Shown here in pieces: positions 1 to 12,450 of a stretch of DNA of 32,888 nucleotides. The notes beneath the pieces were generated by a model. That model saw only the letters and a program-made list of their open reading frames with translations. It was not told where the DNA came from and ran no database searches. Numbering within the stretch: the first letter of the stretch is position 1; each line of letters begins with the position of its first letter. Origin of the DNA: Squatina squatina (lineage: Eukaryota); NCBI GenBank assembly GCA_031763465.1, contig JARFOE010000162.1, forward strand, positions 8,475,231 through 8,508,118, read 5' to 3'. Position numbers and translations under genes: made by a program.

Positions 1-108
1 AAGCCGGTACGGGGTACTGAGTTGCATGATCAGCCATGATCATACTGAATGGCGGTGCAGGCTCGAAGGGCTGAATGGCTACTCCTGCACCTATTTTCTA
101 TGTTTCTA
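1..108 (+). mobile_element. 3' end of young shark CR1-clade LINE (HER1/HE1-type tail)
   Basis: GATCAGCCATGATCATACTGAATGGCGGTGCAGGCTCGAAGGGCTGAATGGCCTACTCCTGCACCTATTTTCTATGTTTCTA, ending in the (TTTCTATG)n terminal repeat. Near-identical copies lie at 10385-10490 (-) and 24858-24934 (+). Confidence 0.85.
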
Positions 109-310
109 ACCCTCTCCATCTCTCGAGCTCTCTCTCCTCCTTTAAGACGCTCCTTAAAACCTACCTCTTTGACCAAGCTTTTGGTCATCTGCCCCAATTT
201 CTCCTTATGTCGCTCGGTGTTTAACATTGTTTGATAACGCTCCTGCGAAGTGCCTTGGGACGTTTTACTACATTAAAGGTGCTATATAAGTACAAGTTGT
301 TGTTGTTGTT
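109..310 (+). mobile_element. 3' end of L2-clade LINE with (TTG)n tail
   Basis: TCCTTTAAGACGCTCCTTAAAACCTACCTCTTTGACCAAGCTTTT (SFKTLLKTYLF, an L2 ORF2 C-terminus motif), then GAAGTGCCTTGGGACGTTTTACTACATTAAAGGTGCTATATAAGTACAAG(TTG)n. Confidence 0.75.
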
Positions 311-621
311 TCTGCAGCTTTTTACAGATCTGTTGTTTCTCTTCTGAGAATCAGCCTCTTCCTGAACTGTTGCTTCAACAAGGTCTATTGCAGCACACAC
401 TCTGCCCGGAATGGTACCTGCTGGGAATTTGTGGGCCACATGCCCTCTGTGCCAGTGTTCATCCTCAGTAGCTCAGTCAGGGTGGCCTGCTAATGTTGTA
501 ACTCTGTTTTGACATAAATCTGTTGTGCCACAGCTAACTGCCCATGGACAATTAATGAATATGCAATCTTCTGGAGTTAGCTAACAGTCAGCTGCAGTAC
601 TGTGCTACATGGCCTATTGTT

Positions 622-732
622 AAAGAAAGAGTTGTGTTTATATAACGCCTTGCACAACCTCGGGAAGTCTCAAAGCGCTTTACGGCCAATGAAGAGCTTT
701 TTGAAGTGAAGTCACTGAGGTAATGCAGGAAA
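622..732 (-). mobile_element. 3' part of Deu-domain SINE (SacSINE1-like)
   Basis: Reverse complement reads TTTCCTGCATTAC...AGTGACTTCACTTCAAAAAG...TTGGCCGTAAAGCGCTTTGAGAC...GGCGTTATATAAAC...CTTTCTTT. It is homologous to 9552-9640. Confidence 0.7.
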
Positions 733-1063
733 TAGAAATGGATTTAGACCTCACACAGGTCTCAAGGAGTTCTGCTTTGAAGTGTGAAGTAACTCTTCTG
801 CGTGAAATAAATAGTCATCCTTCATGTTCCAGGGTTTCAGAGATGTGTTGGGGAGGAAATAGGTGTGACCTGGCCATTTTCTTCAGTTAAAGATCTGAAA
901 AAAACATTAATGATTTTTGTTTTAAATTGAGCTACCTAAAATAAATTTATTCCCATTTTCTCCCCTTCTTTTCGGCCAGCTGCCTCCTTAGAACTAAACT
1001 TAAGTGTCTATTTTTATATATGAACATACAGTGATTGTCAGCAGGCTATTTGCCTATTACACA

Positions 1064-1409
1064 AACTAGGGTTGTATTTCCTGGAACTTAGAAGGCTAAG
1101 GAGTGATCTGATCGAAGTTTTCAAGATATTAAGGGGAACAGATAGGTTAGATAGAAATGATTTCTGCCGACTGGGGCATCTGGGATTGGGGACACAGTCT
1201 AAAAATTAGAGCCAGACCTTTCAGAAGTAAATTTAGGAAACATTTCTACACACAAAATGTCAATTGATGCTGGGTCAATTGTTAATTTTACATCTGAGAT
1301 TGATAGATTTTTTTAACCAAAGGGATTAAGGTATACAAGGCAAAGCAGGTATATGGAGTTAGGTCACAGATCAGCCATGATCTCATTGAATGACAGAAGA
1401 GGCTCGAGG
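1064..1409 (+). mobile_element. CR1 LINE 3' fragment (ORF2 C-terminus + 3'UTR), decayed
   Basis: Encodes LGLYFLELRRLRSDLIEVFKILRG (CR1 'RRLRGDLIEVFKI' motif). The 3'UTR CAGATCAGCCATGATCTCATTGAATG runs into an N gap. Confidence 0.85.
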
Positions 1410-1631
1410 NNNNNNNNNNNNNNNNNNNNNNNNNNNNNNNNNNNNNNNNNNNNNNNNNNNNNNNNNNNNNNNNNNNNNNNNNNNNNNNNNNNNNNNNNNN
1501 NNNNNNNNNCCCAGTGTACCAAGATCTTGCCAGGAGAGGAGAGGCATAATGATTAACAAATTGAGAGTTTTAAATGCCCCTTGTTACGAAGAGTAGGTGA
1601 CGACGCAACGCCCCCCACCCCCCGATAGTAC

Positions 1632-2100
1632 TCACCATAATGATACCAGAGCTAAAAGGGTTAAATTATGAGGACGGGCTGCACAGACTAGGCTTGTATT
1701 CCCTTGCGTATGGATTAAGGGGTGATCTAGTTGAGGTGTTTAAAATAATTAAAGTATTTTATGGGATAGATGGGAGAAACTATTTCCTCTGGTGGAGGAG
1801 TCCAGATAAAGGACGCATAACTTTAAAATTAGAGGCTGGCCTGTTCACGGTGATGTCAGGAAGTGCCTCTTCACACAAAGGGTAGTTGAAATCTGGAAAA
1901 CTCTCCCCCAAAAAGCAGTTGAATTGAAAATTTCAAAATCCAGATTGACAGATTTTTGTTCTGTAACAGTATTAAGCTGTACGGAACCAAGGCAGGTAGA
2001 TGGAGTTATGATACAGAGCAGCTATGATCTCATTGAATAGAAGAACAGCTTTGAGAGACTGAATGACCTACTCCTGTTCCTAAATTCCTCTTATGTTCCT
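1632..2100 (+). mobile_element. CR1 LINE 3' fragment, decayed
   Basis: ORF 1640-1885 reads MIPELKGLNYEDGLHRLGLYSL..LRGDLVEVFKII, the CR1 ORF2 C-terminus. The tail is ATGATCTCATTGAAT...GAATGACCTACTCCTGTTCCT...TTATGTTCC. Confidence 0.88.
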
Positions 2101-3104
2101 CAATGTATCTATTGGAAAGATGGGAACTATCTAAAGTGATAGAAGGTAAAACCAGTGAAGTGTTCCCACTGCTTCAGAAAAGTTGTTGATCTGAATGGAA
2201 GTGAGTTACCGCATTGGTAACCTGGACCACATTCAGAGGCAGTGACAATAGCATTCTGTTAAAATGCAGATCAGCAGATAAATGTTGAACTTGGTCACTA
2301 AATAGTTAGACCTCCAGTTGGGCTGTATTTCCCTTCAGTGCTTGGCGAGGAGTTTATATTCCTAGTACAGTCAGAAAATCTCTTACGTCCACCTCCTTAA
2401 CACTCCTCTGTCTAANNNNNNNNNNNNNNNNNNNNNNNNNNNNNNNNNNNNNNNNNNNNNNNNNNNNNNNNNNNNNNNNNNNNNNNNNNNNNNNNNNNNN
2501 NNNNNNNNNNNNNNNACCCGTGAATCAGCAATCTGCTTATTTTGTCCCACAAAGTGAGGTAGCTCGCAGTTAATATTAAAATAAAGCCCGACCATGAAAA
2601 TAGTTCGGGCCTCCAAGAAAGTCCTTTGGACTGGCAGTGGACTTACTCCCTTCACCCGATAAAAGAGGTCACATGCACATCAATGCCGCTCAGTTTGCAA
2701 AGAGACTGTAGGATCTGGATTTAAAATATGCTTGCAATTGTAAATATTGTAGAAAAGTTTAGACTCATCACATGCCTACGTCCTTTAAAACTTTTTTTAA
2801 CATTTGATCGAAACAACAAAAAGTTGCAACAGTCAGAATAGCCTATGGAAGCCTATAATTAGCATCAGCGAAGAAGTTCTGTGGAGATTTTTCTTTTTTG
2901 AGCAGGACACCAGCGATGATAAAAGTTTAGGAGAATAGGGGGAAAGAAATGAGATGAATCAAGATGTGCTGGTTGACGACACCAAGCTGAGATTTGAAAG
3001 CCTATAGGTCACAAGAGCTCAGGTATTCCACAGTTCTGGGACAGAATGTCTTTGAGTAAGGAGACAAGTGAGGATTGCTGATTTCAAAACAGTAAAAATA
3101 CGGA

Positions 3105-3840
3105 GGGGAAGAAATTGGGATGCTTTGAACCTCCTGTTAGTGCTTCTGGGGGTGGTGATAACGGGGCACAAATGGGTTTGCGACTGGGTGCGGCAAGATC
3201 AGCGACTCCCGCTAAATTCGATGGGAGTTTTGCAGTGGCGGTGCGGCATTGCACCCCAATCTCCTTTGTCGGAGATCATGACGTTGTTGCCGTGCCCAGC
3301 ACCCCGGACCCGAACTTTCGTTCTGCACCCCGCCCCGCAGCATCGCCGGCCAAAATACCGACAGCTGCAGCAGGCAGTCATTGGGAGGCCGGGTGCGTTG
3401 GGGGCAACGCTTAAAGGCGAGGTGGCCTTTGTTTGTAAAAACAAAATTTCAAAGCTCTCTTTCCGTTTTTTTTTACCTTGTTTGCTGCCCACGATCGATC
3501 AGCCCGGCCCTCTGCCGCAGTGCATCGGGCTGATCGGGGCGGATCGCGGCTGCCATCGAGGAGAAGGTAAGTTCTTCTGTTGCAGAGCCTGCAGTGATGG
3601 CCCTTCCCTTTAAGGGAATAAGGAGCCTCTAAACGTGGCAGCGCTGCCTGGCCCATTGAGCAGCGTTGCTGAACTCCCCACCCTATCTGCTGCCTCTTGC
3701 ACTCCAGGAAGGAAATAGAGTGCTTGATTTAGCTCTCCACTTCCTCCCTGGAGCGCAAACACCACATTTCTAAAAAGTTTATAAAACATCAGCGCCTGAC
3801 GCTAATTTTTCAAATTTGGAATTTCCCCAATTTCTCCTCC
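3105..3840. mobile_element. GC/CpG-rich non-autonomous DNA transposon (PIF/Harbinger-like)
   Basis: 15-bp TIRs GGGGAAGAAATTGGG (3105-3119) and CCCAATTTCTCCTCC (3826-3840), 13/15 paired. Internal inverted repeats at 3496-3536 and 3697-3758. The right part is homologous to 26360-26575. TSD is weak (GGA/AGA). Confidence 0.6.
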
Positions 3841-6800
3841 AGAGTGTATAGGACAGCTTACTTGGAGCTTGAGGGCATTGAGAGAAGAAAGGTTAGAGAA
3901 ACAATGACCATTGCGTTATTTATAAAATAGAGACAGACAAGCAATGTTGTGATGGAGAGAGGCAGTTGGGTTGTGTTTGACGAGCTGTCAAAATAAGTCT
4001 CCGTGGGCATGCAATCTCAATATATAGAAAGTAGTTTTATGGGAATTTGGCAATCTCACCAGGTTCAGTAGCCTGATGACTAAATGGTTGGACTTTTATT
4101 TGTACATTTGTACAAGGTTTGCATTGCAGGATTGAGTCCAAAACTGACTCCCTATTGGATTCAACTTAGAATAAAACCTACATGGAGTCAAAAAGGTGTT
4201 TCCGTAGTGGTCCTGTCAAAATGTCCTTTTAAATTCTTATTATAATGTGTTTCTATGGTAATCCTGACAGTGACACAATTCCCAATGGAAATTCTGACTG
4301 ACAAGGGATCACAACATATTTCCTGACATCTGACTAAACAGCAACACCATACAATATAGCTACTTGAGCATCTGCAAAGTAATCACATTTCAATTGAAGG
4401 TGAAGAAAAATATTCCTTCCATGCATACAGATGAAGGTCTCGAAACCATAACAATATTGGAAATATGATTTAAGAAAATGCTCCTATTTTCCATTTTTTT
4501 TTAACTCTTTCCCTTATGCTCACCTCCCACAGATTATAGGGTTGACTTAGTTGTTTCAGCTACTTCTAGCCGTGAATACCTAGCCAGTCAATGGTGCAGT
4601 GAGCTGACTGCTTGCAATTTTGCATGGTCAGCTCCTTCGCATAATTAATCTCTGATGCCTGCTCGGAGCTAACCCAATGAGGAGTGCGTTGCCCTCCAAT
4701 GATCCTAAGTTGTTAAAGACAAATTCTGCCCAATCTCAGCACAGATTAATCACAAAACCTCCTCCTGAGATTTTCCACTATCCCTTCCTGCCAGTCAGGC
4801 AACTATGTAACCAATATATGGGCATGCAACATTTCCCCTTAAATTTGAATGATCTGTGCCACAGAATATGAAAAAAGCATTGTTACATATTCAGCTACAA
4901 GCTACCATTTGCTAAACGAGGGTAGAGATTGGATTATAGGAAAGATAGGGCAACTTCACTAAAGAACGGCTATCAAATTCTAACTGTAGGCAGCACATGT
5001 TGTGGTAATAATGCTTGAAGTTTGTGTGAGAGCAGATAAAAACACAAGATGTTAGCAAAGTACCTTCATCGTCTTGGTGCTTTATAATCCAGTATAAAAC
5101 CCATGTGCTTATGCATTACCCCAATTAATTGTCCATCCACATTCTGCACAAATTTCAGAGTTTCTGGAATACCCAGAATCTACCTACACTGAGATGTTAG
5201 ATATCCTGCTGTCTAGGCCCAGGCCCTGAATGAAGCCCTTCTTAATGTGACATGGTCCAACACTATTTATACTAGCTAGACCATTGACTCTTTACTGGTG
5301 AATTTATTTAATTTATTGCATGCTTTGATTCAATTTAGTTATTTAAATATGAAGGATGAATTTTTCTGATAGGTGGACATTAGGGAGTTATGAATTCAAG
5401 GAAATTAGTTGTGATCCGCACTGAGGCTGTCTTTCTCTGCCTGCTGTGAGAGCCTCATTTAAGTATTTTAGCTTTATACTGGTGCTTTGTAGCTGTTTTA
5501 AGACTCAGCTCTGAAATATTGCAAGTGCATAGGCTCAACCAGGTATTCAGCCTAGCAACAGGTGCTTGGTGGATTAGCAAGACTCAGCTATTAGCACTGT
5601 GTCTGTTTTCATAATATGAAGCAAAATCAGGAGTCCCTGGGATTTCCAGTGACCACCACATAATGACCTAGACATCCCTTGTGGTATACTAGGNNNNNNN
5701 NNNNNNNNNNNNNNNNNNNNNNNNNNNNNNNNNNNNNNNNNNNNNNNNNNNNNNNNNNNNNNNNNNNNNNNNNNNNNNNNNNNNNNNNNNNNNGGTGCTG
5801 CAGTAGGGCTACTACCTGGAGCTGTGCCTGCTACAAGTTAAGTATCTCCTATGACCTCTGTACTGCCAGGCTAACCTCTCCTCTTGCTGTACTGTGAAAT
5901 ACATACCAGTGGTCACTATACCTGTGCTCAGAGGCAAAACAACTTTTCTATACTGCTCACTTCTGTCACTGCTGTGATGATATTTTGAAATCCTACCCAG
6001 ATCTCACCTGAGTAACTGATGCACTTTTCCATTATGCTCCACAACTGCCCAATTCTGCATGAACTTTCATGATGGGTTTTTATAGGTTTTAAGTTGAACT
6101 GTCTTTTTTTTCACTTTTTGTGAAGAAGACATTTTGCAATTGAAGGAATCACCAAACAACACTAAACAAGGAGAAGCTGTGCATTAGCACTTTCAAACCA
6201 TGTCAGACCACTTTTTCTCTGTGCGTACTTTTACACTAAAACTCATGAACAGAGGGAATATGACCCACTGCCTTCTTGCGAAAAGTGTTGATCATGGTTT
6301 TGTTGTTAGCAGAGAAAGCAGAGGTGATTACATTTACAAATATCTCAGAAGATTGAGGCAGTGGTGTGTTTGAATATATTTCCTGCTTTATATCATGAGT
6401 GTGGCAAACCTTTCTTCCCCATTTGTTTGTAGAGCGATAGCCCTTTAAATGGGAGTGAAAGTCATGAATTCAAAATGAGCCAGGAAGTGATACTTGTAGG
6501 TCAACCAATATAAAGATTGCTGACATAAACATCAGTTAGCTTGTAGAAAGATGGAAGGTTGGTTGGGGTATGTCGGAATAAATAATGCAACTGTATGAAT
6601 TATGTGATTTGTTACAGAATAACAGCAAGTGAAAGCCATGCAGTCCAATCAATGTGTTGTGCCCAAAGTGCAGACAATGCTTCTGAAAATAATTCTGTCT
6701 GAAACCCCTTTTTCTCCAGGGATGTAAAGCATTGGCCTACTTAGTGTAGGATGTTGAGTTTATGCAGCCGGTAGGCCCAGTGGCATTGAAGCATCAGACC

Positions 6801-8544
6801 CTTTGGCTGGTGCCTCTGCAGTGAGGATATATAATCTATATTTAGCATCACACCAAATCATAGCCATTGAAAATTCAAAGATACTAAGAAGCCATTTTAT
6901 TCTGTCCTCAAAAGAAGAGTGCCACGTAATCAGTAAATGCAGACGTTCATCTTGGCTTTGATATAGATTAAAATGAATATTGAAGAACAGGAAATAAAGT
7001 CAGTTAAAAAGAATTACCGTGTACTATCTCGGTGAAATGACCTAGGTTGACAGTGTGATGCAGCTGATCAAGATAGGGAAGAGATGCAGTTGTAAACACA
7101 AGTGCTGGCCAGGAAGAGTTACTAGGGTTGCAATTCTGATGGGCAAAGTTCACATGCAATTGCTTAACACAGTCATATTCTATTCTGTGATTTTATGCTG
7201 GTGTTAAACCAGTTATTTTAAATGGGTTAGTGCCTGTGAATAAAGCACCCGTGGGAATGTACTATGAGGGCATTAAATATTTTTACATACAGATTTTCAA
7301 TCAGAATTTTTACCCGACTGAGTCCTACAGTGTGACCTTGTTATGGATAAAGTTATTGGCATGGGTATTTCGATAATGGCCTTGGGAATTTTAAAGGGTG
7401 TTCCAACAACAATATTATAATACATTAGATTGCAAAGGCATTTGAAAATGGCTGAGAGGTGTTTGAACCTTTGAAAATAGGTATTGATTATAACTCCATT
7501 CATCAATAGAAGGAGGTCAGGAAGCAAGAGGAAATGAGGCCTCTAAACAGGATAAGTCAATATTGGGGCTACAAATCCAATTAAAGAGCTATTAAAGATG
7601 GTTCCAGGAGGTTAGGGGCTGTGAGAAAGAATAAGCTCTTAGAGGCTGTACTGGGGGAATTTCACAGTCAGTGTGAAGAACTTAATGACGTAAAAATACA
7701 AATGTTTCACTCTTTTTTATTTCTAACTTCAGGCTCATCCTCTCTCCTTTTTCCTTCCAAACCAAGCAGAAATGTTCCTACTGCTACCGGAAAGAAAGGT
7801 GCATAACTCTGGTGAACTCGTAGGTTCCCTTTAAAGGTTGAAGATGTTGCTGCACATGAAACCTGCTTTTTCATTATTTGATGTAAGCCTTCTCGGCTGC
7901 GTGCAAACTGCAGCCTGGTAAAGGAGGTCTGCTTATGTTCGCCGAGTTTCATTCTGCCATAGCAGGTGGTCTGCAGTACTGACTGCTAACCTGTTCTTAA
8001 TAAACTCACCACTCTTAATAAACTGTTTTTACTTGACTCAATTGAGAGCTGAGCTGTGAGGCTATGGGTTCCCCTTCACAAAACAGTGATTGTATGTTAA
8101 TCCACTTCCCATACACCATTGGTTTCAATCTCTATTTCAGACTGGCTCTTCAGTGATGGGATCAGAAAAGAAAGGAAACAAAAGGATTTTAAAATCAAGC
8201 TCCTTACTAAGCCCTCGATAATAGGACAAACAATCTAGAAATAAGCAGCAATGATCTTGTTTTGCAACTTCTAATATCTACATGGTTTTATATCTAGAGG
8301 GTATTGATGTGACCTAACCATTCCTTCTTGATTTGCCTCATCTTCACTCCTACTTTTTTCAACCTTGGCCCATTATGGGNNNNNNNNNNNNNNNNNNNNN
8401 NNNNNNNNNNNNNNNNNNNNNNNNNNNNNNNNNNNNNNNNNNNNNNNNNNNNNNNNNNNNNNNNNNNNNNNNNNNNNNNTTGGGAGGTGCTGTCAAAATG
8501 TCATGTGATCTTCCGGGAGAGGTAATAAAGCAGATGTACCCTTA

Positions 8545-8980
8545 GGTGATTGAAACTAGTCCAAGAGGTCACTCTGGCCCTGATTGATGTTATGCAATAC
8601 TTACCTTTTGTTCGAAATGATCTCCACCCCAGCCAGAAACAGGTGCATCTCTCACTTCAAGGAATTCAGTAAATCAGTGTCCACCAATAAACTGGCAACT
8701 GGTTCCAGAGGTCCACCTCCTGAGGTCTAACCTAGAGCTGGCCTTCTACAGCTTAAAATTTTGACCCCTGGTCCTCCCTAACCTATTTAATTGGAACACA
8801 CTATCTACTCATACACAATCTATTCCCTCCCTCATTTTATAAACCTCGATCAAATCACCCCTAACGCTTCTCCAAAGGGTAATATCCCTGCTCTTTGAGC
8901 CTATCTTGATAACTAGGATGCTTCAGACTGGGAATTAATCTTGTGGCCCTCCTCTGCACTCTTTCCAAAGCCTCAATATC
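8545..8980 (-). mobile_element. Old CR1 LINE 3' fragment
   Basis: Minus strand reads GATATTGAGGCTTTGGAAAGAGTGCAGAGGAGGGCCACAAGATTAATTCCCAGTCTG (DIEALERVQRRATRLIPSL) and AGGGGTGATTTGATCGAGGTTTATAAAATG (RGDLIEVYKM). Confidence 0.8.
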
Positions 8981-9551
8981 ACCCGCCATGTGAGGATTTG
9001 CATATTTGCATACCGTACAGTGAGTAGAGTGAAATTAATTTCAAGTGTCTGTCATCAGACGTTATCCACAAGAAACACCTGCACAGATGAATAGAGGGGC
9101 GGCTATGCTTTGCAGCTTGCTCTGTTATAAGCTGTAATGCTTTCAAAATGTCACACACGTGGCAGAAATGCTCTGACGGATATGGCCAAGATGAATGAAT
9201 CAACATTTCAAAAAAAAAAACCATTACAGCAATTAATCTCACTAAAGTCTGGCTGTATTGTCTGCTGAAAATAAAAGCAGCTAATTTACGATGCACAGAA
9301 AGAGTGAATAAAAATAGAATTTTGATGAGACAATGCAATTAAAGGTGAGTCATTCCTTATTTAAACAATTGGAGCATTGATGACATGGTCACATATCAAC
9401 ACACTGTTCTTGAAACTATTATGTTTAATTAAATTAATTAATTTACTTTTTACAGATGTTTCGCCCCATCATGCTTTATCCTCCAGTGTGATCCCTGGCA
9501 TTGCCCCTTGTCGCTATTATTGTAGCATTCTGAATTTCTAATAGGCCAGTG

Positions 9552-9698
9552 TCAGGATGTCCCAAAGCATTTTACAGCCAATCAAGTATTTTTGATGTGT
9601 AGTCACTGTTGTAATGTAGGAAACACGGCAGCCATTTTGCACACAGCAAGCTCCCACAAACAGCAATGAGATAATGACCAGATCATCTGTTTTAGTGC
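9552..9698 (-). mobile_element. Deu-domain SINE (SacSINE1-like), 3' half
   Basis: Minus strand reads AAAACAGATGATCTGGTCATTATCTCATTGCTGTTTGTGGGAGCTTGCTGTGTGCAAAATGGCTGCCGTGTTTCCTACATTACAACAGTGACTACAC, which matches the recalled Deu/3' region of DeuSINEs. Confidence 0.8.
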
Positions 9699-10384
9699 TG
9701 GACGAGGAGGGGTGGGGCAAGAGTTTGAGGGTAAGCCGTACCCCAGTGAGTGCCAAGAGGAGACGAGAGAAGAGAGAAAATGCTGAAGCTGAGAGATTCT
9801 CTTGTCAGGGCCAGAGTCTTTGTAAAAGCATCTGGCACAAGACAATCAAAAAAAGAATGGGGCAAACGATTCCATATGCACGATGGGGTACTACACTGTC
9901 CAGGAATGCACATTGCCATGCCAGCTCATTCCTGATAAATCAGTGGAATATATCATAATTGCTCCAACATGGGACCAAATCCCAGCCGAGACTGTTAGAC
10001 GATTGCGACAGCCTGCTTGGAGTTCCCCATTTCATTAGTATGACACCTGGTGGGCTCGTAATGCTTCCGTCTGGCAGACACAGGCAACCAATGTTCGAAA
10101 ATGTTTCAGTCTCATTTGCCCGTATATTAAGTGGGATAGCAATGGGGTGCAGCTGAAGGCAACCACACAGCGGGTTGCCGACGTCTCATAAATACGGAAG
10201 TGTCGGAAAATTCCGGAAATTTATACTGCGCCACCAGTAAATTGCTCATTCAGTTGGTGAGTGCAAGGCGATTTACTTCTTCTAATATACAACATGGCGA
10301 CTGAGTTGGGAAGAGAGTTATCGGAAACACACTCCACATAGCCAACTAGTGACCATGCCGTAACATGGGAGCTGTTGACATAGC

Positions 10385-10632
10385 ATAGAAACATAGAAAC
10401 ATAGAAAATAGGTGCAGGAGTAGGCCATTAGGCCCTTCGAGCCTGCACCGCCATTCAATATGATCATGGCTGATCATGCAACTCAATACCCTGTACCTGC
10501 TTTTTCTCCATACCCCCTGATCCCTTTAGCCAAAAAGGGCCACATCCAATTCCCTCTTAAATATAGCCAATGAACTGGCCTCAACTACTTTCTGTGGCAG
10601 AGAATTCCACTGATTCACCACTCTCTGTGTGA
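10385..10632 (-). mobile_element. 5'-truncated young CR1/HER1-like LINE
   Basis: Begins with (CATAGAAA)3, then the reverse complement of the tail seen at 1-108, and extends into the ORF2 end (minus strand: AGAGTGGTGAATCAGTGGAATTCTCTGCCACAG = RVVNQWNSLPQ). Confidence 0.9.
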
Positions 10633-11287
10633 TAGAAGCACAATAGAGAAGTAGGATCAGCCTTTGAACAAATCAATGGAATCAGGAAGTTGACAAGCAA
10701 GGCTACTGCTGACTCTATTAATTCACACTAAAAACACCTCGTTGCTTGTAAAGCTTTGCCCAACCATATGAGATGCCAAACTGTGTCTTTGTCAATTTTT
10801 CTCTTCAAAACAAGTTTGTTATCTTGTGCCCCATATTTCTGGGTGTAAATCTATGTGTCATTAGTCACTGTGTCATAGGTTCTATGATGTCACCTCAACT
10901 CGGATCAAGTGAGTGACTGCTTAATTGATAGATTTTTTTGTTTTACTATGTCATTGTTTCTACAAAATCAAAACAAAGACAAAGTACAGAATGTGCTTAA
11001 AGTGACAGAATGTGCAATGGAAACAAAGGATCTGTGTTGCGGAGCTGTGGGATAAGATTTATATCCCAGGAGTAGGCTGGCCCATCAAGGATGTGACCAT
11101 GAGTTGGATATCATTTCTACTCAACAGCTTCTCATCACATAACTTGTTAGTGCCACAAATAATTAAAATAAGATAGATATAAACATTAAATTGAAAAGTG
11201 AGAAGTAAATTCAGACCTCATGCAAGGAAGATATTAATAACATTATAGGTACATTGCAATAGATTTAGTGATGAGATTTGGCAAAGA

Positions 11288-11590
11288 ATAGAATCTTACT
11301 GCACAGCAGAAGGTTATTCGGCCCATTGTGCCTGTGCCAGCTCTTTGAAAGAGCGATCCAAATAGTCCCACTCCCCTGCTCTTTCCCCATTGCCATACAA
11401 TTTTTCCCCATCAAATAATTATCCAATTCCCTTTTGAGTTACCACTGAATATGTTCCACCACCCTTTCAGGCAGTGCATAACTCTCTGCATTAAAAAAAT
11501 ATCTACATCTCCCCTCTGACTCTTCTGCCAATTACCTGATATCTGTGTAGCCTTCTGATCTACCCTTAAATCTCCCCTGCTCTCAGAACA
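11288..11590 (-). mobile_element. CR1 LINE 3' end, second subfamily
   Basis: ATAGAATCTTACTGCACAG...CGGCCCATTGTGCCTGTGCCAGCTCTTTGAAAGAGC...CCACCACCCTTTCAGGCAGTGCAT. Clearly homologous to 23076-23292. Confidence 0.8.
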
Positions 11591-11883
11591 ATCCCAGCAG
11601 AGAGAGTATATATTTTAATAAATCACAAGACCTTGATCTTCATTACAACAATGCAGATAGACGACACAAGATAACCTCGATTACTCCAATACCACATATT
11701 TTAAAAATGCTTTGCACAGCAGGCCTTGGCTGAGTTTGTGTTGCAACTTAAAAGTGCAATAAATCCCTTGGGTAAATATGGGTNNNNNNNNNNNNNNNNN
11801 NNNNNNNNNNNNNNNNNNNNNNNNNNNNNNNNNNNNNNNNNNNNNNNNNNNNNNNNNNNNNNNNNNNNNNNNNNNNNNNNNNN

Positions 11884-12450
11884 CTTTGAAGGGGATATAT
11901 TATGGCAATATCAGAGCGGGCAGGTTTCCCCCTTTTTGTAATTCAATGAGAGGAACATCGGGTGGATGTGTATAAATGGGCGGCCAGTTTTGTAACCCCG
12001 AATTTGAAAGTTCGGCCCCCTGTATGTAAACAGATGCTTGCATCAAAGTTGCTAACTGGTTGGTGCAGTGGGGCGGGTTTCTGCAGTGTCTCTATAAAAA
12101 CACAGTCGGTAATTCACCGTGGGCAACACTACGAGCAACTTACTGGTTTAAAATATAAATCAGCTACACACATATTGCATTATCGGCCTCCAGTCAGGCT
12201 CACTTGTTGAGTTGAGCTTGACATTCCATCAATCACGGCCCACGGAAAGCTATCTCTCACAGTTCAATCCAAAGAAAATACACAGTTTGTTCTCAATTTA
12301 ACAGTTGATAATACATAGTTCTTAAGAAAACAATTGTTTCTCATAACTGTTGTTTTAAAAGAGGACTGTAAGTTTTACCAGAAAATAATTTTTGCATTTT
12401 TCCCTTTTTGCTTGGCTCTTTTTTTATTCTCCATTAGAGCCAGGACGTTG
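11884..12450. mobile_element. Fragments of GC-ended non-autonomous DNA elements
   Basis: TIR-like end GAAAGTTCGGCCCC near 12007-12020, followed by CpG-containing sequence resembling the element interiors elsewhere in the window. The left end is lost in a gap. Confidence 0.3.

Noticed and set aside
1410-1509. ORFs spanning N runs and regular 100-N blocks
   Set aside because: Assembly placeholders of unknown true size; ORFs and adjacencies across them are unreliable.
3068-3613. 181-aa ORF and CpG-rich block as a gene or promoter
   Set aside because: Lies within a TIR-bounded element with a homolog at 26 kb. No recognisable protein; overlapping ORFs in several frames reflect GC content.
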